Of a stretch of 10,770 nt of DNA, positions 1-6,321 are shown in pieces. Both the position numbers and the translations under genes were made by a program. Each line of letters opens with the position of its first letter. Position 1 is the stretch's first letter. This DNA comes from Candidatus Krumholzibacteriia bacterium (GTDB lineage Bacteria; Krumholzibacteriota; Krumholzibacteriia; WVZY01): NCBI GenBank assembly GCA_036478295.1, contig JAZGDW010000282.1, forward strand, positions 1 through 10,770, in the 5' to 3' direction. Under the pieces are notes generated by a model that did no database searches, was not told the DNA's origin, and saw only the letters and a program-made list of their open reading frames with translations.

Positions 1-2
1 CG

Positions 3-1523
3 CTTGCCATTCCCGAGGCATCCCTGGCGCGCATCATCCACTCGCTGATCCGACAGGCCGAGTACGTGGCCGAACACCTGCCCCACCGGGACCCACCAAA
101 CAACCACCTGATCGGCGAGGCCGCCACCCTGTACACGTTTGCCGTTCTGTGGCCGGTTCTGGAAAAATCAAAAGCCTGGCGTGGGGAATGTGAAAATATT
201 TTGAAGGAAGAGATGAAGCGGCAGGTGCTGCCCGACGGAATGCATTTCGAGAATGCATTCAACTACCACGCCTACGTGCTGGATTTCTACCTGCTTTATG
301 TCTACGCCAGGTGTCTCGAGGGTGAGAAGCCCGACCCCATGCTGCTGGATGGAATAACGCAGCTGGCGAAGAATCTGCTCGCGTTTCGGTCACCGTCAGG
401 TCGCGTTCCCAGGTTCGGCGATGACAGTCTGACGGAGTTTCTGACCCTGAAACCGCTGCGCGAGATCGAGAGCCGCCGTTTTACCGAGAGTCACACCATG
501 ACTGAGATCGTGAGGCTTGAGTTTGCCGAGGTACTCGCGGGCCAGGACTGGGGAATGGATTTGATGCAGATCGGAATGCCGGCGACGTCCAGTATCCACT
601 GCCGCGATTCGGGATTCAGCGCTTTTCGTGCGAAATCGAGCCACCTGGTCTATGCGGCGGGGCCGGAGCACCCGCGGCCGTTCTCGGACGGCCACCTGCA
701 TTCAGAGGCGGGCAGTTTTGAGCTCGAAATCGCCGGCGTACCCGTGTTTATCGATTCGGGTACTTACCTCTATGGATACGACGGCGCCAGCCGCGAGCAT
801 TTCAGAGGCGCACGCGCGCACAACACGCTACTCATCGACGACCTTGATCCGATGACTGGCGCCGGAACCTTCAAATGGGAAGGGATCAAACGCGGACGCA
901 CGATCTGGTTCTCGAGTCAGGGTGATTGCAAGGCCGTCGGGTCAAGGCAGGTGCTGCCCTCCAGCCGTGACGAGTTTTATCACGAGCGAATTCTCGTGCA
1001 GTTGGAGGATTCCGTGTGGATTCTCGTCGATCGGCTCAGCGCACCACACTGCGATGCTGGCGGTGCCTTGCATCGCTCGCGGGTGCTCTTTCACACGCCG
1101 CTGCCACCCGATCGTTTCGACCTTCTGGACGGGTTCCGGCTCGGGATGCGGCTGGATGTAAGCGACGAAACGCCGGCGGACAGCGGCAGTGCCCGCAGGG
1201 GAGCGTATATCCTCCACGGGTTTTCGTCTGCGGGCTACGGCCGGCAGCTGATCAGCGACCGCGCAGACCGGCGGTCCTGGTACTCGCCGGCGTATGGGGA
1301 ACTGAGATACGGTACCACCATCGATGTGTGTGTGGACTTCATGGAATCGCTGACGCTCGTGCATTCCCTGGCGGGCGAGGACGTGCGCGTGGCCTGCCAC
1401 CCGCGCGAGGACGAGCGGGTGGAGGTCGACATCGAGCGCAACAACAAACAGGAACGCCTGACTGTGTATTTCATGCCGACGCGTATCGACTGGAATGGAA
1501 AGGTGCTCGAAGAGAGCCGATAG
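3..1523 (+). CDS. Heparinase II/III-like protein (polysaccharide-locus lyase family), 5'-truncated
   Basis: The frame of ORF 66..1523 is open back to position 3 (LAIPEASLARIIHSLIRQAEYVAEHL...), so the true start lies upstream of the window. Family motifs: NNHLIGEA, QVLPDGMHFE..FNYH, PRFGDD, GHLHSEAGSFEL, FIDSGTYLY, RGARAHNTL. It lies next to GT4 and nucleotide-sugar dehydrogenase genes. Confidence 0.88.
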   Translation, partial: LAIPEASLARIIHSLIRQAEYVAEHLPHRDPPNNHLIGEAATLYTFAVLWPVLEKSKAWRGECENILKEEMKRQVLPDGMHFENAFNYHAYVLDFYLLYVYARCLEGEKPDPMLLDGITQLAKNLLAFRSPSGRVPRFGDDSLTEFLTLKPLREIESRRFTESHTMTEIVRLEFAEVLAGQDWGMDLMQIGMPATSSIHCRDSGFSAFRAKSSHLVYAAGPEHPRPFSDGHLHSEAGSFELEIAGVPVFIDSGTYLYGYDGASREHFRGARAHNTLLIDDLDPMTGAGTFKWEGIKRGRTIWFSSQGDCKAVGSRQVLPSSRDEFYHERILVQLEDSVWILVDRLSAPHCDAGGALHRSRVLFHTPLPPDRFDLLDGFRLGMRLDVSDETPADSGSARRGAYILHGFSSAGYGRQLISDRADRRSWYSPAYGELRYGTTIDVCVDFMESLTLVHSLAGEDVRVACHPREDERVEVDIERNNKQERLTVYFMPTRIDWNGKVLEESR

Positions 1524-1527
1524 AACA

Positions 1528-2853
1528 GTGAAAAAACTCCTTATGATCGCGTACGATTTTCCGCCGGCGGCCAATGTCGGCATCTACCGGCCGCTGAAGT
1601 TCGCCAAGTACCTGGCGGACTTCGGCTGGTCGGCGGTGGTCTTGACCGTCCGAAACGGCAAACACGCGAAATATGACGAGCACTCGACGGCGCTCATCCC
1701 GGAGGGCACCCCGGTACACCGCGCGGCGTCCTTCGAGGCGCTCAACACCGGCGAAAACCGGAAGAATCGCGGCGGGTCCGCACGCAGGACACTGCGCTCC
1801 AGAATCTACAACCGTCTCTGTCGCACGTGGGCGTATTTCATGGTCCCCGACGACAAGGTTACCTGGGTACCGGCCGCGACCATCCGCGGGTACCGCATCA
1901 TCAAGCGTGAAGGGATCGAGTGTGTCTACGTCACCGGGAGCCCGTTTTCATCGTTCCTCATCGGCTACCTGCTCAAAAAACTTTGCGGCATAAAGCTGGT
2001 CATCGACTATCGCGACCCCTGGACGCAGAATATCAATTACGTTCGCAGGAGCGCGCTACACGCACGTATCGAACGTGCCCAGGAGCGGAAGGTCATCGCG
2101 ACCAGCGACCTCGTAATCGCCAACACGCGGATCAACGAGGAAACGATGGTGCGAGATTTCGGCAGCGAACAGCCCAGGGAGAAATTCACCACCATTCACA
2201 ACGGGTTTGACGGTGAGGACTACGATGGGATCCCCTCGGACAAGTACGACAAGTTTTCGATTACGTACGCCGGCGTGTTCTATTTTACCACCGGTTCTTC
2301 CTGGGAGACAGGCGCAGGGGATGACGTGATGAAAACCTATTCGCCGCTGGTGTTTTTCGAAGCACTGAGAAAACTCGTCGAAACGAAACCGGAAATGCGA
2401 GAGTGCCTGCGCGTAAACTTCATGGGCGTATCCGGCAGGGGTTACGAGCCGTTGGTTAGGGAAATGAGGTTGGAGGGGATCGTCCACCATCTCGGGTATC
2501 TCGATTATCAGGAACACCTGGCTGTGCTCAAGAGATCGCACGTCACGTTGCTCGTCCTTTCCCGCGGGGAGAAGAGCCGGGGCTGGATCCCCTCGAAGTT
2601 CTTCAGCTATCTCGGCGCGGGCAATCCGGTATTGGCGCTGGTGCCCGAAGGTGAGGTTCGTGATATCATCAAAGCGGCGCGGGCGGGAGTTTTTGTAGAG
2701 CCGGATGACGTGGACGGAACGGTCGATGCCATAGAGCGGCTCTACGATCGCTACCGGGAGGGTGTACCATTCGAGCGAAACGAAGAAGAAATAGCCACAT
2801 TCGAAAGGCGTTTCTTGACCGGACGTCTCGCGAAGGCTCTCGAGCGTATCTAG
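1528..2853 (+). CDS. Glycosyltransferase, GT4 family (GT-B fold)
   Basis: Start re-called at GTG 1528 (VKKLLMIAYDFPP), 4 nt after the upstream stop. Motifs: IAYDFPP..GIYRPLKFAKYL..FGW, VIDYRDPW, IHNGFD, IPSKFFSYLGAGNPVLA. Confidence 0.9.
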   Translation: MKKLLMIAYDFPPAANVGIYRPLKFAKYLADFGWSAVVLTVRNGKHAKYDEHSTALIPEGTPVHRAASFEALNTGENRKNRGGSARRTLRSRIYNRLCRTWAYFMVPDDKVTWVPAATIRGYRIIKREGIECVYVTGSPFSSFLIGYLLKKLCGIKLVIDYRDPWTQNINYVRRSALHARIERAQERKVIATSDLVIANTRINEETMVRDFGSEQPREKFTTIHNGFDGEDYDGIPSDKYDKFSITYAGVFYFTTGSSWETGAGDDVMKTYSPLVFFEALRKLVETKPEMRECLRVNFMGVSGRGYEPLVREMRLEGIVHHLGYLDYQEHLAVLKRSHVTLLVLSRGEKSRGWIPSKFFSYLGAGNPVLALVPEGEVRDIIKAARAGVFVEPDDVDGTVDAIERLYDRYREGVPFERNEEEIATFERRFLTGRLAKALERI

Positions 2854-2869
2854 CCGGCTCAGGAGAAAT

Positions 2870-4183
2870 ATGAAGATAAGTATATTCGGACTGGGTTATG
2901 TGGGGTGCGTGTCGGCGGCATGCCTTGCCGAGGCGGGCCACGAGGTGGTCGGAGTGGACGTCAATGCGTCCAAGGTCGACATGTTGAACCGGGGCGCGTC
3001 CCCGATACTCGAAACAGACCTCGAGGAAATGATCCGGCAGGCGGTGGCCGCGGGCAAATTGCGCGCCGTCACTTCCGCCGAGGAGGCCGTTGCGGCGACG
3101 GACCTGTCGCTGATCTGTGTCGGTACGCCCAGCAACGCCAACAACAGCCTCAATCTGGATTTTGTCGCAAAGGTCTGTGAGGAAATCGGACGTGCCCTCA
3201 AGAGCAAGAAGGCGGATCACGTCGTGTGCGTACGCAGCACCATGGTGCCGGGAAGTACGGAAACCCGGGTCATTCCGGCCCTCAAGAAAGGATTCGGCAA
3301 AGCCCTGCCCACGCGCATTCGCGTGGCGGTGAACCCGGAGTTTCTGCGTGAGGGATCGGCGGTGAGCGATTATTTCAATCCCCCGAAGACTGTCGTGGGT
3401 GCGGCAGACGGTGAAACGGCGGATCGGGTGCTCTCGCTCTACCAGGACATCAAGGCGCCCGTCACCCGGACATCCCTCCGGACGGCGGAAATGACGAAGT
3501 ACGTAGACAACGTCTTTCACGCGCTGAAGATCACGTTTGCCAATGAGATCGGGACGTTGTCGAAGGCGTTCGGCGTGGACAGCGGCGAGGTGATGGACAT
3601 CTTTTGTTCCGACACGAAATTGAACATCTCCGATGCGTACTTGCGACCGGGATTTGCGTTCGGAGGATCCTGCCTGCCGAAAGATCTCCGTGCCCTGCTT
3701 TACAAGGGCCGGAAGATGGATCAGGAGACACCGCTGCTTTCCGCCATCCTGCCGAGCAACGACATGCAGGTACGGCGCGCGATCGACATGATTCAGGCGC
3801 AGGGCAAGAAGCGGTTGGCTTTCCTGGGGTTGAGTTTCAAACCGGGCACCGACGATTTACGCGAGAGCCCACTGGTCGTCTTGATCGAGACTTTTATCGG
3901 CAAGGGTTACGACATTCGTATTTTTGATGAAAACGTTTCCCTGGCGCGGCTGGTGGGTGCAAACAAGGCCTATATCGAAAAAGAAATTCCCCACATTTCG
4001 AGTCTAATGACCGAGAGCCCCCAGGCGGCGGTTGATTTCGGAGAGGTGATCGTCATCGGTCACAAGGAGCCCGCGTTCGAACGCGTGCTCGAGAAAGCCT
4101 CTCGCGGCAAGGCGATCGTCGACCTCGTGCGCCTGTTCGACGAGCCGCCCGCCGGCGCGAATTACCACGGGTTCAACTGGTAG
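2870..4183 (+). CDS. algD: GDP-mannose 6-dehydrogenase-like nucleotide-sugar dehydrogenase (AlgD-like)
   Basis: Rossmann start MKISIFGLGYVG, then ICVGTPS, NPEFLREG, catalytic PGFAFGGSCLPKD, GLSFKPGTDDLRESP and GANKAYIEKEIPHISSL. These closely follow the Pseudomonas AlgD sequence as I recall it. AGGAG RBS at 2861-2865. Substrate specificity is inferred. Confidence 0.88.
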   Translation: MKISIFGLGYVGCVSAACLAEAGHEVVGVDVNASKVDMLNRGASPILETDLEEMIRQAVAAGKLRAVTSAEEAVAATDLSLICVGTPSNANNSLNLDFVAKVCEEIGRALKSKKADHVVCVRSTMVPGSTETRVIPALKKGFGKALPTRIRVAVNPEFLREGSAVSDYFNPPKTVVGAADGETADRVLSLYQDIKAPVTRTSLRTAEMTKYVDNVFHALKITFANEIGTLSKAFGVDSGEVMDIFCSDTKLNISDAYLRPGFAFGGSCLPKDLRALLYKGRKMDQETPLLSAILPSNDMQVRRAIDMIQAQGKKRLAFLGLSFKPGTDDLRESPLVVLIETFIGKGYDIRIFDENVSLARLVGANKAYIEKEIPHISSLMTESPQAAVDFGEVIVIGHKEPAFERVLEKASRGKAIVDLVRLFDEPPAGANYHGFNW

Positions 4184-4187
4184 GGTT

Positions 4188-4500
4188 CTTGTGGCGGTGC
4201 GTTGCTGGATTGCCTCCGTCGCCGCGCTCCGCTTCGCTCGGCTACCCAAGCTTCGCGGGGTCGGCGGTGCGCCGGTGAACTGTTTCCTGACCCGCGCTCC
4301 GCTTCGCTCGGCTACCCCGCTTCGCGGGGTGATCCTCGCTCGCTCCCGCGACGGGTCCGTCAACAGCCCACCGGCGCACCGCCACTCATCCCCGAAACGG
4401 GTCCGTCAACAACCCAACCACGCACCACCACACATTCCCCCAACGGTTCCGTCAAACCCAGCAGGCACCCCAGACAAATCCGACTGCGCGCCGCCACGAG
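4188..4500. repeat. Composite intergenic palindromic/tandem repeat element (REP/REPIN- or MITE-like) between convergent genes
   Basis: 70-bp direct duplication (4191-4260 vs 4261-4330) sharing CCGCGCTCCGCTTCGCTCGGCTACCC at 4222 and 4292. Three 46-bp-period units begin ACGGKTCCGTCAA at 4351, 4397 and 4443. A 22-bp inverted repeat pairs 4263-4284 with 4362-4383 (20/22). An outer inverted repeat pairs 4188-4201 with 4487-4500 (12/14). Confidence 0.8.
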
Positions 4501-4502
4501 GC

Positions 4503-5000
4503 TTAGCTGCGTTTGGAGAAGACCGCGGACAGGCTCCACAATCCTCGATCGTAGAGAATCAGTATCACCGCTGTCGCCATGAGGAACAGGTTGCGGATGA
4601 TCAGTGCGAAGCCGGTCTGGCTGCCGCCCTCGTTGGAGAAGCAGCCGCAGTCGATGGCGAGACCGCGCAGAAGGGTCGTCGCGATGGCGACGGTGAACAT
4701 CACGAGCAGAAGCAGGATCGCACCGGCCGCCCGGCGCGTCATGATGCCGAGGATGAGCATACCGGCCGCCACGATTTCGGACCAGGCCACCGCCAGGGCG
4801 AACAGATTCGACAGGCCGACGGGAAGGAGTTTGTAGAGGCGCACCGCGATGGCGAACTCGTCAGGGTGCTGGACTTTCTCGATCGAAGAAAAAACGAAGA
4901 GCCCACCCAGGAGAATCCGCAACACAAAAAGAACAACACCGCTGGTAAGAAACACGGTCAGCGGATTCGAACTGCGTACGGTGGTCGACTCGACGGGCAC
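4503..5000 (-). CDS. MauE/DoxX-family membrane protein
   Basis: Start re-called at GTG 5000, with AGGAG (5012-5008) 7 nt upstream overlapping the rhodanese stop; 165 aa. About four hydrophobic segments. Motifs: RILLGGLFVFSSIEK, F..AV..YKLLP, WSEIVAAGMLILG, RGLAIDCGCF, IIRN. Confidence 0.88.
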   Translation of the reverse strand: MPVESTTVRSSNPLTVFLTSGVVLFVLRILLGGLFVFSSIEKVQHPDEFAIAVRLYKLLPVGLSNLFALAVAWSEIVAAGMLILGIMTRRAAGAILLLLVMFTVAIATTLLRGLAIDCGCFSNEGGSQTGFALIIRNLFLMATAVILILYDRGLWSLSAVFSKRS

Positions 5001-5010
5001 TGCGCGGCTC

Positions 5011-5619
5011 CTATTCTGTGCCTTCGACGGGTAAGTCGGCTTCAGTCCACTCCAACCAACCGCCGCGGTACACGAGAACCTTTTCGTACCCGGCAAGCTG
5101 GAGCTCCTGCGCGAGGTTGTCACTCAGATCGCAGGTGACGCTCTTGCAGTACGTGATCACGTCCGCGTCCAGCGGCACCAGGTTCTCGAGGTCACTGTAA
5201 TAGTCCACAAAATTGTCATAGGGAATATTGATCGCGCCGGGCAGGTGCCCTTCCTCGAACTCATGCTCGCTCCGGGCATCGAGCAGTGTGATCGTGCCGG
5301 TTTCCAGTAGCGCCAGGAGCCGCTCTCTGGTCAACTCTCCGCTGGCGTATTCATCGGCGGTAATCGGTTCCGCCTCCGCCGGCGCGGCCGTTGCGACGCT
5401 TCCTGGTTCCTCATTCAGTGCCGTTTCGGAGTGGGCGGATGCCGCCGGGACGGGATCTTCCGCCGTGGTTGCCGGAGAAGTCGCTTTTTGCGCGACCTTT
5501 TTCGGCACCTTTGGAAACAAGGTCAGCGGTTTGCTCCGCACCGAATTCTGCAGGACACCGAGGCCGGTGGCGATCACCATGATAACCAGGCCTCCGACGA
5601 GGCTCTTTAGAAAACCCAC
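5011..5619 (-). CDS. Membrane-anchored rhodanese-like domain protein
   Basis: N-terminal hydrophobic helix, then an Ala/Thr/Pro/Glu-rich linker. Rhodanese motifs follow: LLDARSEHEFEEGHLPGAINIP, active-site loop TYCKSVTCDLS, VYRGGWLEW. GTG start with AGGAG at 5631-5627. Confidence 0.92.
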   Translation of the reverse strand: MGFLKSLVGGLVIMVIATGLGVLQNSVRSKPLTLFPKVPKKVAQKATSPATTAEDPVPAASAHSETALNEEPGSVATAAPAEAEPITADEYASGELTRERLLALLETGTITLLDARSEHEFEEGHLPGAINIPYDNFVDYYSDLENLVPLDADVITYCKSVTCDLSDNLAQELQLAGYEKVLVYRGGWLEWTEADLPVEGTE

Positions 5620-5642
5620 GTTCGATCTCCTTTTGAGACTAT

Positions 5643-5671
5643 TTTAGACGAATCTGTGGGGAATATCTACA
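5643..5671 (-). promoter_or_regulatory. Putative ECF-sigma promoter P2 for the rhodanese-MauE/DoxX operon
   Basis: Minus strand TGTAGATATT-ccccacagatt-CGTCTAAA. The -10 CGTC is typical of ECF promoters. The whole motif resembles the Neisseria sigmaE consensus as I recall it (GTMAGBWTT..CGTCTAAH). It lies about 24 nt upstream of the GTG. Confidence 0.7.
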
Positions 5672-5812
5672 GGTATTGCGCACGGTTTGTACCCCGGAGG
5701 TGGCGGAGAGTTCCGGCCGTGAGACGGCAGCCGCTCGCCGCGTTTCGTCTGGTTGGCGGGAGTGGGGGAAGAAAACACCGCGGGGCGATCGACGTTGAAC
5801 GCCGGGACGAGC

Positions 5813-5851
5813 AAAAAAACGGGGCCCTCGAACTCCGGAGAGCAGGGCCCC
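5813..5851 (-). terminator. Rho-independent terminator
   Basis: Minus strand GGGGCCCT-N15-AGGGCCCC (8-bp stem, 5851-5844 with 5828-5821), followed by G and seven T (5819-5813). Confidence 0.8.
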
Positions 5852-5980
5852 AACTTTTGAAGCGGAACGCCGGTGTAGCCGTTGGGGGAGTAGTGTGGCT
5901 TGAACAGTAGCGATCCGCTTCAATCATCTCCGGACGGCCGATTAGAACTCATCCGTCGACGTTACTCTTGATTCAGGACT
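5813..5980 (-). ncRNA. Candidate ECF-dependent small RNA (~165 nt), unknown family
   Basis: Bounded by ECF-type promoter P1 and an intrinsic terminator. Contains a long hairpin closed by TTGAAGCGGA/TCCGCTTCAA (5857-5866 with 5914-5923), with a C-rich apical loop. No credible ORF with an RBS fits inside. Confidence 0.5.
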
Positions 5981-5984
5981 GACG

Positions 5985-6014
5985 GTTGGTCGATCACCGG
6001 AGCGAATGCTTACA
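5985..6014 (-). promoter_or_regulatory. Putative ECF-sigma promoter P1 immediately after the anti-sigma stop codon
   Basis: Minus strand TGTAAGCATT-cgctccggtgat-CGACCAAC. Same architecture as the motif at 5643-5671. Confidence 0.6.
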
Positions 6015-6290
6015 TCATTCTACGGGTTTATTGTGGGCGATTTGCTCTTTCAGGCGAGCCTTCGCGTCCGGCGGAAGCACGATGCCCTGGAGGACGCCGC
6101 CGTCGGCGAGAAGGGAATCGGTACCTCCCGCAACGCGCGAGATCTTGCGAATGAGTTCCAGCTGCTTCGTGAACCTTCGGCACAGGAAGCACATGGCGAG
6201 GTGCATTCTCACCCGCATCCGCTGGTAAAACGGAAGATCGCGATCCGCGCTCTCGGCTACGAGCCGTGTTATTTCTTTGCAGTTCATCAT
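6015..6290 (-). CDS. Zinc-binding anti-sigma factor (ZAS, zf-HC2 domain), soluble
   Basis: MNCKEITRLV...HLAMCFLCRRF gives an N-terminal Cys plus the HxxxCxxC motif. 91 aa with no transmembrane helix. Starts 31 nt after the sigma stop; AAGGA RBS at 6305-6301. Confidence 0.92.
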   Translation of the reverse strand: MMNCKEITRLVAESADRDLPFYQRMRVRMHLAMCFLCRRFTKQLELIRKISRVAGGTDSLLADGGVLQGIVLPPDAKARLKEQIAHNKPVE

Positions 6291-6321
6291 GGTGTCGTCT
6301 TCCTTAAGGCTGCGATCCGCA

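Noticed and set aside
942..3520. Long antisense ORFs 942..1583, 2056..2541 and 2669..3520
   Set aside because: They lie opposite well-supported genes and show no domain signatures.
4191..4488. CRISPR array interpretation of the 70-bp and 46-bp periodic repeats
   Set aside because: The would-be spacers resemble each other (degenerate tandem duplications), there are only 2-3 units, and no cas genes are in the window.
5001..5123. N-terminal extension of the MauE/DoxX ORF given by the ORF track
   Set aside because: It overlaps the rhodanese gene; GTG 5000 has a good AGGAG RBS.
4191..5138. 315-aa plus-strand ORF, and 4202..4582
   Set aside because: It runs through the repeat element and antisense to the MauE and rhodanese genes, with no recognisable domain; a GC-rich shadow ORF.
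5639..5927. Short ORFs 5639..5923, 5644..5853, 5656..5910 and 5667..5927
   Set aside because: They overlap one another, cross the terminator, lack well-spaced RBSs and have no recognisable motifs.
5644..5952. Possible selenoprotein: minus-strand ATG 5952 (MSSNRPSGDD), then UGA at 5922-5920 at the base of a hairpin, in frame with ORF 5644..5853
   Set aside because: There is no RBS, the hairpin loop has no G as expected for a bacterial SECIS, the product has no redox motif, and the frame crosses the terminator and promoter P2.
5813..5980. Known riboswitch (fluoride, ZTP, c-di-GMP), tRNA or 6S RNA upstream of the rhodanese gene
   Set aside because: I could not match the conserved cores by eye, and the rhodanese gene appears to have its own promoter downstream of the terminator. 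An Rfam scan is still needed to exclude these formally.
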